A stretch of 62,086 nucleotides of DNA, the filler included. It is 8 parts of 8 records of this genome, joined end to end, with 100 filler letters (N's around TTAATTAATTAA, not from the genome) between each part and the next. Parts side by side here need not be neighbours in the genome. Positions count along the whole stretch, not along the records: positions 22,200 to 30,169 come from SRR31156797_53179; positions 30,270 to 44,778 come from SRR31156797_53200; 6 more parts are not named here. The stretch is one strand, 5' to 3'. The translations under genes and the position numbers were made by a program. Under the pieces are notes generated by a model. The model was not told the DNA's origin and ran no database searches. It saw only the letters and a list, made by a program, of their open reading frames with translations. Position 1 is the first letter of the stretch; every line of letters begins with the position of its first letter. Below are positions 28,825-38,630 of the stretch, one piece after another.

Positions 28825-29802
28825 CTACTTGATACCCTTCTCCTTGAAGTACTTCTCAGCACCCGGATGCAGGGGAATGCCCATCCCGATCAAGCCTTTT
28901 TCCATCTCGATATCCTTGAACTTGTCATGGGCTTTTTTCAGCTGTGGCAGATCCGAGTATACGGCATTGATGATTTTATAGACGATCTCCGCTTCCAGGT
29001 CGGCCCGTGCACCCAGCATGGCCATCACCGATACGGTGGGAATCTCGCCGTCGTTTCCCTTGTAAGTTCCTGCCGGCACCATCTGTTTGGCATAGAAGGG
29101 ATAGCTCTTGATCAGTTTATCCACATTGTCTCCGCTGATCGGGACGATATTCACATCCACGATCAAGGAGGTGTCCATGATGACAGCGGCGCCCACCGCA
29201 ACGGTGAAAAATGCGGCATCGAGGCGTCCGTCCTTGATGTAGTCCGCCGACTGCGAAGCGGTTAACTGTTCCGCTTTTGCCAGATCTTTGACGTCCAGGC
29301 CCCAGCCTTCCAAGATCTGTTTTGCGTTTTCGGTCGTACCGGAACCGACTGGACCGATGGCAACTTTCTTCCCCTTGAGATCAGCAACGGATTTGATGTT
29401 GGAATCCTTGCGTGCCACCAGTTGGACGTGTTCGGGGAACAGGGTGCAAACACCCAGCAGGTTCTTGATGGGCTTGTCGAACATCCCCTCTTTGCCGTGA
29501 TGCGCATAGGAGGCGATATCGTTTTGCAAGATGGCGAAATCGGTATCCCCTGCACCGATCAGCTTGGCATTGGCAACGGATGCGCCTGACGATTCGGCGG
29601 TCACCTTGATCCCGTCATCTTTGAGATGTTTCCAGGCAATACGCGATATGGCTCCGGCCATGGGGAAATAGGCGCCGGTCACCCATCCGGCGGCAATGGA
29701 GACATAGCGTCGTTTAGCGGCATTGAGTGTGCCTGCCGGTAACGCCAGTGCTACAGCCAGTACGATCACCACGCTCCAGATCATCAAATGTCTTCTTCTC
29801 AT
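28825..29802 (-). CDS. TAXI-family TRAP substrate-binding protein
   Basis: Signal peptide; G..TGAYF, SGASVAN, GPVGSGT, IPLHPGAEKYF. Confidence 0.92.
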   Translation of the reverse strand: MRRRHLMIWSVVIVLAVALALPAGTLNAAKRRYVSIAAGWVTGAYFPMAGAISRIAWKHLKDDGIKVTAESSGASVANAKLIGAGDTDFAILQNDIASYAHHGKEGMFDKPIKNLLGVCTLFPEHVQLVARKDSNIKSVADLKGKKVAIGPVGSGTTENAKQILEGWGLDVKDLAKAEQLTASQSADYIKDGRLDAAFFTVAVGAAVIMDTSLIVDVNIVPISGDNVDKLIKSYPFYAKQMVPAGTYKGNDGEIPTVSVMAMLGARADLEAEIVYKIINAVYSDLPQLKKAHDKFKDIEMEKGLIGMGIPLHPGAEKYFKEKGIK

Positions 29803-29861
29803 CTCGAACCTCCTCCTTTTTATTAAGTGAATTGAGTGGATACTTTTACCGGGAGTTCTCA

Positions 29862-30169
29862 TCACCTCCTTGTTTCATGATCCGTTATCGTTGTTGACAA
29901 ATTCTCATCATGGAAAAACCCCATTGCCGATGAAATACGTTGCGCGCATTGAACCACCGCGGGAATCATGACTTGCCGCAGATAGTTCTCACCATGGCTG
30001 GCGGCATTGACTGCCATGTTCAGCGCCGCTACGGCTTCCCCCTCACGATTCAATACCGGCGCCGCGGCTGAACACAACTCCGGAGCGATTTCGCCGTAGT
30101 TCACCGCAAAACCCCTGCGGCGGACCGCTGCAAGGATCGACTCGAGTTCATCGATATCCGTTACCGTAC
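29862..30169 (-). CDS. IclR-family regulator C-terminal domain (5'-truncated)
   Basis: VRRRGFAVN.GE......SAAAPVLNREG.AVAALN effector-domain pattern. Confidence 0.8.
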
Positions 30170-30269
30170 NNNNNNNNNNNNNNNNNNNNNNNNNNNNNNN
30201 NNNNNNNNNNNNNTTAATTAATTAANNNNNNNNNNNNNNNNNNNNNNNNNNNNNNNNNNNNNNNNNNNN

Positions 30270-30495
30270 TGAATATGTGATGATTGAGTATGACGTGGAG
30301 AAAAAGAATCTCGAGAGCGCCTGTGTGGTGACTCCCGGTATTGAAGCCCCCACCGTGGCCCCCCTTCGGAAGGACAACTGGTATGCGGTGAAATCCATGA
30401 TCCGGAAAGAGGAGATTAACGGCATCATGGATGAGCTTGTGAAGCTGGGTGCAAAAGGCATCATTGCAACCTGTATTAAAACCTGCAGGATCTGA
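30270..30495 (+). CDS. hisG: ATP phosphoribosyltransferase C-terminal domain (5'-truncated)
   Basis: EYDV, TPGIEAPTVAPL, W.AV, LGAKGI, CRI end. Confidence 0.9.
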
Positions 30496-30581
30496 TGGGG
30501 CACATCTCCCAGGAATCGCTTTTGGCCTTTCACAAACGCTTCCAACCGGGCGGTCATGTGGGTGACCGCCCTTGCCAGGTT
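30495..30581 (-). pseudogene. Short relic of a HAMP-HisKA histidine kinase junction
   Basis: NLARAVTHMTARLEAFVKGQKRFLGDVPH resembles LA...N.M..RL......Q.RF..D..HEL. Confidence 0.55.
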
Positions 30582-30596
30582 ACGACTGCAAAAATA

Positions 30597-32126
30597 TCAA
30601 CCCGGCTTGCTTATTGGAAATTGAATACGGAATGTGCTTCCTTTTCCAAGCCGGCTTTCAACGTTTATCCGACCGCCATGGCTGTCAACGATATGCTTGC
30701 AGATGGCAAGGCCCAACCCGCTGCCGCCCTCGCTTCTTGACCGGGCCTTGTCGGCACGATAGAACCGTTCAAAGATAAAAGGCAATTGGTCTTCAGTGAT
30801 GCCGATGCCGGTATCGGAGACGGAGACCACAACTGCATCCTGTTTTTTTTGAAGGACAACGCCGATGGTGCCGTCATGATCAGTGTACCTTACGGCGTTG
30901 TTCAAAATATTATGCATCAGCCTTCTCAAGCTCTTTTTATCGCCGCGGATCCACAATTGCTCCGGTAAATCCAACTTCAACCCAAGCCCTTTCTCCTGGC
31001 ACAGAATGACCACATCAGAGCAGACATCCCTTATGAATTCAGCCAGCTCAATGGTCTCAAACGTGTATTTTTCTTTACCGGAGTCTGCCCGGGCAAGCTC
31101 CAGAAGCTGATTGGTCAGTGAGGCCATGTTATCCGCCTCGCTTGAAATCACTTCCAGGGCTTTCCGGTACTCCCGGGGCCGCCGTTCTTTCCGGAGGGCC
31201 AATGTGGCCTCCGCCTGTATAATGGAAAGGGGGGCGCGAAGTTCATGGGACGCATCGCCCGTGAACTCTGTCTGACGTTCAAAGGCTCTTTCAAGCCTTG
31301 CGATCATCCGGTTCAAGGTTGCCGCAAGGTTGCCCAGTTCGTCCTTTGTATCAACGTCAATCCGATGGCTCAGGTCGCTCTCTCCAATGCGGTTTGCCGT
31401 GTTGGTGATATCCTCCACGGGCTTGAATGCCCGGTGCGCCAGGAAAAGGCCGCCTGCTCCAGAGAATGCAAGGGTGAGCGGAACAGCGGCAAACAGAATA
31501 TGAAGAAGCCGCTGAAGGGTGACGTCGATATAGCCGGCAGGGCGTGCGATAACAAGGGCTGCATTCTGAATAACAATTCTCATGTCAGGCGAGGGATCTC
31601 GCCCCGGATCCCTTTCCGGCCTTCTGCCGTGCCGGGGTTTTCCAGGAGGTCTGCCCCCATTCCGTGGTTTGCGCGGGCGCCTCTCCTCCCGTCTTTCAAA
31701 CCGGTCGGGCCTGATTTCAGGGTTGTCCGGTGTAAACGGTGTTAGGTATACGCGAAAGGCCCCGAGGTTCGGCATCTCAACAGTTGTAAAGGAACGCTTC
31801 CCTAAGATCGCGCTTTCAATTAATTCCGGATTTACAACTGCTTTCGCACTCCTGTAGGATATATGCCGCAACCGTTCTTCAGAGTGGAAATAAAAGGATA
31901 TGAATTCCCCCTGCTCCCCCTCAAACGTGCCGCCGGCGACAATGGATATGATGTCTTTGTACCCGGAAAGCTGTTCAGCCCTCTTCCGGAGTGAATGATC
32001 AAGGTTATTGCGCAATACATTTGAAAGTGTGAGATAGATGCCGCAGCCCAGGCCGATCAGCAGGACACTGAGTATTGCCAGGTACCACAGGGTAAATCTG
32101 AACCTGATGGTGTGCAGGAAGTTCAT
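30597..32126 (-). CDS. Sensor histidine kinase (HAMP-HisKA-HATPase, CusS/ArlS-like)
   Basis: Two TM helices, [18 protein letters not shown]-box, NAVRY, DTGIGI, FERFYR, GSGLGL. Confidence 0.93.
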   Translation of the reverse strand: MNFLHTIRFRFTLWYLAILSVLLIGLGCGIYLTLSNVLRNNLDHSLRKRAEQLSGYKDIISIVAGGTFEGEQGEFISFYFHSEERLRHISYRSAKAVVNPELIESAILGKRSFTTVEMPNLGAFRVYLTPFTPDNPEIRPDRFERREERRPRKPRNGGRPPGKPRHGRRPERDPGRDPSPDMRIVIQNAALVIARPAGYIDVTLQRLLHILFAAVPLTLAFSGAGGLFLAHRAFKPVEDITNTANRIGESDLSHRIDVDTKDELGNLAATLNRMIARLERAFERQTEFTGDASHELRAPLSIIQAEATLALRKERRPREYRKALEVISSEADNMASLTNQLLELARADSGKEKYTFETIELAEFIRDVCSDVVILCQEKGLGLKLDLPEQLWIRGDKKSLRRLMHNILNNAVRYTDHDGTIGVVLQKKQDAVVVSVSDTGIGITEDQLPFIFERFYRADKARSRSEGGSGLGLAICKHIVDSHGGRINVESRLGKGSTFRIQFPISKPG

Positions 32127-32800
32127 ATTGCTTTGATCCGGTACCCCGCCCCCCTGATGGTTGTGATAACGTGCTTGCCCTGTTCAGGGTCGATCTTCTG
32201 CCGTAACCGCCGGATATAAACATCCACCAGGTTGGACATGCTGTCAAAATCGTAATTCCAGGCATGCTCTTCAATCATTTTCCGGGTAACGACGGCGTTG
32301 GGATTACGCATCAAATACTCAAGAATAGAATATTCCTTGGTTGTGAGATCGATGTTTTTTTCCTTCCACCACACTTCACGGGTTGACGGGTCAAGGACAA
32401 GATCACCCACCTTTAATTTAGATGTTCTGGCTGCACCCTCCCGCCGAAGGATGGCCCTTACCCTTGCCAGCAGCTCACTGAATGCAAACGGCTTGACCAC
32501 GTAATCGTCCGCACCGGCGTCCAGCCCTTTTACCCGGTCCTCAATTTCATCTTTTGCCGTAAGCATGAGAATGGGTGTGTTTATCTGCCTGGCCCGAAGG
32601 TTGCGGCAAACCTCAATCCCGTCTTTATGGGGCATCATATAATCCAGTATGATGAGGTCATAGGGGGTGCTTTCCGCATAATACTGACCGTCCTCCCCAT
32701 CGTAAACACAATCCACCGCATAGGCTTCTTCTTCCAGGCCCCGTTGAATCACGTCACACAGTTTTTGATCATCATCAACAACTAAAATCCGCATATTCAC
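32123..32800 (-). CDS. OmpR-family response regulator
   Basis: VDDD, LDYMMP, LTAK, GADDY.VKPF, winged helix VDVYIRRLR..TIRGAGY. Confidence 0.95.
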   Translation of the reverse strand: MNMRILVVDDDQKLCDVIQRGLEEEAYAVDCVYDGEDGQYYAESTPYDLIILDYMMPHKDGIEVCRNLRARQINTPILMLTAKDEIEDRVKGLDAGADDYVVKPFAFSELLARVRAILRREGAARTSKLKVGDLVLDPSTREVWWKEKNIDLTTKEYSILEYLMRNPNAVVTRKMIEEHAWNYDFDSMSNLVDVYIRRLRQKIDPEQGKHVITTIRGAGYRIKAI

Positions 32801-32857
32801 CTTCCACTCTCTTATAAAAATCCCTTCAAGCTGAAGGCATCAGTAAAGCACACCAAC

Positions 32858-32909
32858 ATGAACCGGAAATGAATAAATAATTAATTTGAGTTCATCTGGG
32901 GTTCATCTG
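32858..32909. promoter_or_regulatory. Two oppositely oriented 11-bp-period direct repeats, probable OmpR-family boxes
   Basis: ATGAA-N6-ATGAA (32858-32873) and GTTCATCTG-N2-GTTCATCTG (32890-32909) between divergent genes. Confidence 0.65.
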
Positions 32910-32959
32910 CCTGAACTATAGTGAATATCAACATAAATGGATAGCAGAAAGGAGATCCA

Positions 32960-34531
32960 ATGAAAACGTTAAAAAAACATGAAGTCAGGTTTAAAACGAA
33001 AACCCGTATCACAGGATATCTGATGTTGATTCTCGGAATATCCTTTGGTCTTTCCTGCGGTATCTGCACCGCAACGGCGGCAAGTAACAAGGGTGGCAAT
33101 ATGTCCATCGAGCAGGCCATATCCGATGAAGCCCAGCAAAACACCATCGCATTCGACGGACTGGCTTTTCTTACCGGAGACGCCTGTTCCGATACCTTTC
33201 TTCCCCCCGGCAAGGTTGCCGATTTCTCCGGCTTTCAATACCTCAGGGACACCGACCCGACCAATCTGGGCCACAGCACAGACTTTGTAACCGTCATTGC
33301 CTTTAATATTCTTAACCTCCTGACAGACAGCCAGATTGAAGAGCTGGTTACACTGGCAAGGAACCAGATCAACATGATCGACCAGTACGGGTACAACCGG
33401 TTTCCCCTGATGAATGGGTTCCGGCGCCTTCTTGTGGGAGACGTACCCGACGGATGTGAAGGACTTTCGCTGGATGCGGTTAAGAATTATTCCGCGGAGC
33501 TGTACAGGCTGGACGGAGAGATCAGTTATGACAGGGCGAGTACCCTGGGGCGTATTCTGAGGAATTTATCCCCGGACCAGCAGACGGAATTGGATAATTT
33601 AAAAACGCTGAACGGGATAGGGAACTGGGAACAGGAACTCACGGATCCCCTCAGGACCCTTTATCCCTGGCTCAGCCATGGGGAACATGTGGCAGTGATG
33701 ACCTATGCCAGTGAGATGTACAGCTGGTATGCGGGATCGGTGGAGGCGGACACCTATTTCTGCCCGGAAAGACAGGGAACCTATTTCGGATCGTTCTACA
33801 TGAAGGATGCGCCGGCAATGGAGGCAAAGGATCGCTTCACCATCCCGGGCAATCTTACGGCTGACATGGGCCGCAGTTTTATCGGCACACTCACCCATAC
33901 CCAGGCGGCACTGGTTACCGGCCTGGTTGAGGTACAGAGGGATGCCCTGAACGAAATTGTAGAAACCAGGCGTCTTATTTCGACCCAGCTCCGCCGTTTT
34001 ATGTCTGAGGAATCCGTTGACAGGGAAACCGTTCTGACCCTGGCTGAGAGATACGGGGAACTGGACGGCATCATCGTATACAACTATGCAACGAATTTCG
34101 CAGCGTTGAAAAACACCTTGAGCAACAACCAGTATGAAACCCTTGTGAATCTTCGCCGGGAGTGGAATGAGATTCCGTGTTCAGGCGCCTATCTCTACTC
34201 GGCTAAAATCGATATGCCTGAAATAATGAATACGGATTTCCTGTTTGGCAACGGTTCACCCACGGATGGGTTGCAAGACACGGATGAGCTCCAGGAAACG
34301 GGTGGGGTGCTGGATAAAGTTGCTTCCATCCTTTCAAACTATGATCCGTCCAACCTCACGGCAGCAGATGCCAGAGCGATTAACGAGGCATTCAGGGAGG
34401 CAGGGGTTCGAAGGGGGCCGGCCCAGCAGGAAGCCATAACAGCGGCCGGTTTTGATCCCCATACAATCAGTTCCCTCGACCCTCCGCCGGATAAAATCGA
34501 TAAAAAAAGACGGCCTGGGATATCTGAATGA
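32960..34531 (+). CDS. Exported protein with two tandem Spy/CpxP-like (LTxxQ) modules
   Basis: Signal-like hydrophobic segment; LTDSQ/LSPDQ and LTHTQ/LSNNQ motif pairs; internal duplication. Confidence 0.6.
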   Translation: MKTLKKHEVRFKTKTRITGYLMLILGISFGLSCGICTATAASNKGGNMSIEQAISDEAQQNTIAFDGLAFLTGDACSDTFLPPGKVADFSGFQYLRDTDPTNLGHSTDFVTVIAFNILNLLTDSQIEELVTLARNQINMIDQYGYNRFPLMNGFRRLLVGDVPDGCEGLSLDAVKNYSAELYRLDGEISYDRASTLGRILRNLSPDQQTELDNLKTLNGIGNWEQELTDPLRTLYPWLSHGEHVAVMTYASEMYSWYAGSVEADTYFCPERQGTYFGSFYMKDAPAMEAKDRFTIPGNLTADMGRSFIGTLTHTQAALVTGLVEVQRDALNEIVETRRLISTQLRRFMSEESVDRETVLTLAERYGELDGIIVYNYATNFAALKNTLSNNQYETLVNLRREWNEIPCSGAYLYSAKIDMPEIMNTDFLFGNGSPTDGLQDTDELQETGGVLDKVASILSNYDPSNLTAADARAINEAFREAGVRRGPAQQEAITAAGFDPHTISSLDPPPDKIDKKRRPGISE

Positions 34532-34627
34532 TAACCATTGCAATTGAGGGTCTGACATTTTTAACAGGGGATCTGTGAGCAATTGATTTGCGGCGATGCA
34601 TGGTACGAATTCGAGTCTATCTATTAA

Positions 34628-34665
34628 GGCTCTTCAGTATCCAGGTGCCGGGATACTGAAGAGCC
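34628..34665. terminator. Perfect 15-bp hairpin between convergent genes
   Basis: GGCTCTTCAGTATCC-N8-GGATACTGAAGAGCC. Confidence 0.75.
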
Positions 34666-34671
34666 GATTCT

Positions 34672-37413
34672 TTAAAATGTCTGATGCAGATCGATCGTTA
34701 AGTCATAGGTGATCAAATCAAGGGATTTTTCAGAGGATTGGGTTTTATTTATTTCACAATTGCCAATGCCGGCAGTGAAATGCCAATTGGTAATAACGTC
34801 TTTTCCCAGGTTGGAGAGCGTAACCGCTGACCCACTGACCAGCTGGACTTCTCCAAGGGGATTTACGGTCATGATGAACGGCTGGTTGCGTCCATCCAGG
34901 GATCGGGTCCCGACCGCAGTCATCATTTTCCCGTCGTCTCTTTCACACAAGGCGTTCAATTGAATATTTTCATCCCTGTCACTCACCACCTTCGCAAAAG
35001 CAAAAACCCCGCTTTCAGAAAATTTAAGGATGTATGAATTGTATATATCCAAATAATCAGAGTTCTGCCTGAGACCTTTTGTGCCAACCGCGAACACGCC
35101 GCCATCGGAACCCACCGCCAGATTATTTATGATGAACTCACTGTTGTCAATAATCCTGAGCCAGAGCTCTTTCCCGTTTGCGTCAAACTTTGCGACAAAG
35201 GCATTGGCTTCTCCCATTCCGGCAATGTAAAAGTCGCCTGTTTCCGTGGCTGCAACGGCAGTAGGCTTGGCCAATACAACATTTTCATCCGTTGGCACAG
35301 GGATGCCGATATGCCTGCTCCAGAGGAGATTGTCGTTATTATCGTATTTGGCAATCATGCCCCGGTAGAAGAGACCGAAACTCGCCACAATAAAATAACC
35401 GTCCCCATAGCTTGCGGCACCGGCGATCTCAACAAACATGGATTCTTCCCCCGTATCCTGGGGATAAAGATCATACTTGAGTTTTCCGGAGCTCTGCACA
35501 ACGCCGTCCGAATTAAAAATGACATACTCGGAACCAATGTATGCAATGAACTTGTTCTCGCCCAGTTTTGCGATATCAGGGGTGCTCAGAGTTACTGACG
35601 CGGGAACGGTCTTTGTCCAGAGATCATGACCGCTTTTATCTACTCGACTGATAACCAGTCCGGACCCGCCAATCCCGGCAAGAATATAATCATCCTGGGC
35701 GGGTACGATGCCATAGGCGTGAAAAACAGGGGCCCCGGGATCATTTACCTTTAAAAGCGCATCCTTTTCAATTACACCGGCCTGATTGTATTCCAGGAGG
35801 GTGGAAAAGAAATACGGCTCGGAACCCACCGTTACAAACCCGTTATTGCCGTTGCTGACAACGCCTTTCAATGCATTGTGGTTGATCATGACATCTTCTG
35901 TCATTGTCTTGGGAATGGTATACTGCCTGGCCCATCCCTTTTCAACTTCGTTGTCGGGATCAAATTCCCCGGTGCCAAAGGCGTCCGCGCAGACAATGTT
36001 GCGTTCAAACAATGGAACGGTATAATCAAAGGCGTCCAGGCCCAGCCCATTGAATCCCAGAACGGATTCGATTCCGCCCTTGAGGCACCACCATGGATCG
36101 GCATTGATATCCGCCTCTCCCTTGAAATAGAGGAGAACCTTGCCATACCCAGCGGCAACCATATCCTGGTACAATGCGATCTTCAGCACGGCACCCGTAT
36201 AAACCTTGAACTGGGCATTGGCTTCCAGTTCCGGTTCGGAATAGTCAAAATCGTTATCAAAATTATTATGGCCGCCCCAGCCGTTCTCCGAAGTGTAGCC
36301 GGCCTTGACCCCGGCAACGGCCTGTTCGGATACGGCGCACCTGAATTTCCCTTCTATTTCACCGTTTGCGCCCACCACGAGATCCATGGAGGGAGTCAAA
36401 ACGATGGGGACCGTTCCAATTTGGAATGTAAAGGGCGCAAAAGCGTAGCTTGCCAGAACAATCTCTTTTCCCCAGCTTTCATCCAAATCGCCGCTCAGGA
36501 CAAGGTTGCCGGTAATATTGGTCTCAACCCCAAAGGTAAATTCCTCAATTTCAAACCAGTCGATATCAATGGTCAAATCAATCCCCGGATCAATGGTCAG
36601 CTCCCCGTTAACCTTGACCTGATCATCCGTCGTGGCGCCGTTGCCATCGGCATCGTAGATCACCGAATTGACGGTCAATACAAAATCCAGGTCGGTTTCA
36701 GCGGCATTGTAGGAACGGGTCCTCTGTTTTTTCAGGGAAATGCCGGAGTAATTTGACCTGACCGTCTCTAAATCCGATTGTTTCAAGTCCATGTGGCAGC
36801 TGACGCTTCCATTCTCGATAACATCCGTCAGCTCGGCGTCTTCCAGCGTTATGGCGATGTTATCGCCATTGGTATCGACGGCGGAGACTTTGCCCAGCAA
36901 TCCATGGGGGAAATGTTCCGATATGCCGGCGACAAGGACGTCGCCACCGCCATACCCGCCACCTTCAGCCGCCGTAAAAACGACCGTTTTTGCGGTTTTG
37001 TCATAGGAGACGATTCCGCCGAGCCGGTCATCCCCCAGGATCGTGCTGTTGGGGGCAAGGGTTACCTCGGGCGCGGTTGCGGTGATGGTGATTTCATTGC
37101 TCAATATATTGTTTGCATTGGCAACGACGACATATTGTCCTTCCTTATTGGTCGTAAAGGGGGATGTGATCTCTTTGCCATCGATCAGATACTTGACGCC
37201 TTCCACAGTCATCGCATTATCGTTCTGATCATAACCGGCGACAGACAAAACGGATGAATCAATACCGTTTCCTTCTATTGTCAACTTTTCCGCAGATAAT
37301 TCCAGGCGGGTCAGTACGGCCGGACCACTGTCAGAATCTCCGGAACTGCTTGAATTGCAGCCAGCCATGATGAAGAGCAATAACGCTACGAGTGGTAAAA
37401 AAAACTTTTTCAA
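34672..37413 (-). CDS. Large lipoprotein: Ig-like domain, beta-rich middle region, C-terminal beta-propeller-like repeats
   Basis: TTG after AAGGAGAAGG; lipobox MAGC plus Ser linker; repeated K.D..G..LW motifs. Confidence 0.7.
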   Translation of the reverse strand: MKKFFLPLVALLLFIMAGCNSSSSGDSDSGPAVLTRLELSAEKLTIEGNGIDSSVLSVAGYDQNDNAMTVEGVKYLIDGKEITSPFTTNKEGQYVVVANANNILSNEITITATAPEVTLAPNSTILGDDRLGGIVSYDKTAKTVVFTAAEGGGYGGGDVLVAGISEHFPHGLLGKVSAVDTNGDNIAITLEDAELTDVIENGSVSCHMDLKQSDLETVRSNYSGISLKKQRTRSYNAAETDLDFVLTVNSVIYDADGNGATTDDQVKVNGELTIDPGIDLTIDIDWFEIEEFTFGVETNITGNLVLSGDLDESWGKEIVLASYAFAPFTFQIGTVPIVLTPSMDLVVGANGEIEGKFRCAVSEQAVAGVKAGYTSENGWGGHNNFDNDFDYSEPELEANAQFKVYTGAVLKIALYQDMVAAGYGKVLLYFKGEADINADPWWCLKGGIESVLGFNGLGLDAFDYTVPLFERNIVCADAFGTGEFDPDNEVEKGWARQYTIPKTMTEDVMINHNALKGVVSNGNNGFVTVGSEPYFFSTLLEYNQAGVIEKDALLKVNDPGAPVFHAYGIVPAQDDYILAGIGGSGLVISRVDKSGHDLWTKTVPASVTLSTPDIAKLGENKFIAYIGSEYVIFNSDGVVQSSGKLKYDLYPQDTGEESMFVEIAGAASYGDGYFIVASFGLFYRGMIAKYDNNDNLLWSRHIGIPVPTDENVVLAKPTAVAATETGDFYIAGMGEANAFVAKFDANGKELWLRIIDNSEFIINNLAVGSDGGVFAVGTKGLRQNSDYLDIYNSYILKFSESGVFAFAKVVSDRDENIQLNALCERDDGKMMTAVGTRSLDGRNQPFIMTVNPLGEVQLVSGSAVTLSNLGKDVITNWHFTAGIGNCEINKTQSSEKSLDLITYDLTIDLHQTF

Positions 37414-37562
37414 ATTCCTTCTCCTTAGTCGGTTTTTGTCTGTTCCACATATCAAATCGCAAAATGCACGTTTTAAAATGTATTCAAAATGCGGACAATA
37501 AAGAACTCATGACAAGTAAAGTGGTTGAAATCAAAGCGCCTTTTATAAAAAAGGTTCTGTTT

Positions 37563-38408
37563 TTAATCGGATTGCCTGCCCCCTCCGAAAAGGCCCTGCA
37601 TCTGTTTCTGAAAATTCTCCATTCCGCCGCTCTGCTGCATCTGCTGAAAGGCCTCCATGGCGTCGGCCATTTCCCCCATGTTTTTTTCCTGTTGACTGAC
37701 AGGCCTTTGTCCCGCCAGCAGGGCCCGGAACATCATATTGATCTGCTCTCCCATGATTTTATCCGCCTCAAGCTCATGATGAATCCGTGCACCGGGCGGA
37801 AGCTGAAATTTTGACGGGTCAACGCTCTTTTTATCAATGGCTGTCGCTGTTTCCTGAACCGTGACCCCCATGAGGCTGCCCCATATCTTCATGGGAAAAT
37901 TCGTTCCCGTAAGGGTGTAGGAATCAATCCCCATGGCCGTAACCTTGTCGCACGGATACCCGAGAAGGTCTCCCGCCCCCTTTTCAACTGAACCGCAGAG
38001 CTCCCCGATCATGGCAACCCCCAGTTTTTCGCTGTTTTTCACCAGTTTTTTACGGTCACTTCTTGAAAGCCGGTTGAATTCCTCCGTAATGACTTTTTGG
38101 GGATTGACCTGTTTACTGCCCGTATTATCCGCCAGGTCAATGGTATAAACCCAGTCCGGCGTGGTCAATGTCAGTTCCCTGGACCCATCGGCCATGCCGA
38201 AGGCAGCCATGGATTCCGTTCGATAGGCCGCCATGGTTCTTCCGTAGTCTTTGACAAAAACGGTCTCTTTGCCTTTCATGGTGCCGGAAATGTCATAGGA
38301 CACGATCCCCTCCTTGAACGGCAATTCCCGGGTCCAGGGATTTTCAACACTGAATGCGGTGGAAGTAAAAAATAGGGTTAACACCAACGCAACAGCTGTT
38401 CTTTTCAT
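37563..38408 (-). CDS. Secreted hypothetical protein
   Basis: Signal peptide MKRTAVALVLTLFFTSTAFS after GGAG RBS; LLGYPCD and KFQLP motifs; Met/Gln-rich tail. Confidence 0.7.
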   Translation of the reverse strand: MKRTAVALVLTLFFTSTAFSVENPWTRELPFKEGIVSYDISGTMKGKETVFVKDYGRTMAAYRTESMAAFGMADGSRELTLTTPDWVYTIDLADNTGSKQVNPQKVITEEFNRLSRSDRKKLVKNSEKLGVAMIGELCGSVEKGAGDLLGYPCDKVTAMGIDSYTLTGTNFPMKIWGSLMGVTVQETATAIDKKSVDPSKFQLPPGARIHHELEADKIMGEQINMMFRALLAGQRPVSQQEKNMGEMADAMEAFQQMQQSGGMENFQKQMQGLFGGGRQSD

Positions 38409-38567
38409 ATAATCTCCTGTTCTGTATATTTCTTTATAATCCGAAGATCCCAATGCGGCGGTCCGCCGTTGGAAAACAGGAGCGATATTAGTAAAACAAG
38501 TCCAGTGGTGTCAATGGATTGCGGGTCACTATCCAAGGCCCGGAAGTCATTATTTTTCTTAAAGTCA

Positions 38568-38597
38568 ATGACCCGGGTCACCGGAGGGATGACCCGG
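38568..38597. promoter_or_regulatory. Candidate NarL/DesR-type operator
   Basis: TGAC-CCGG-GTCA palindrome; ATGACCCGG repeated with a 21-bp period (38568, 38589), upstream of the 37563-38408 gene. Confidence 0.5.
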
Positions 38598-38630
38598 AGG
38601 AAAGCTGCGTTCTGATCCCCGGGCCGGGGT

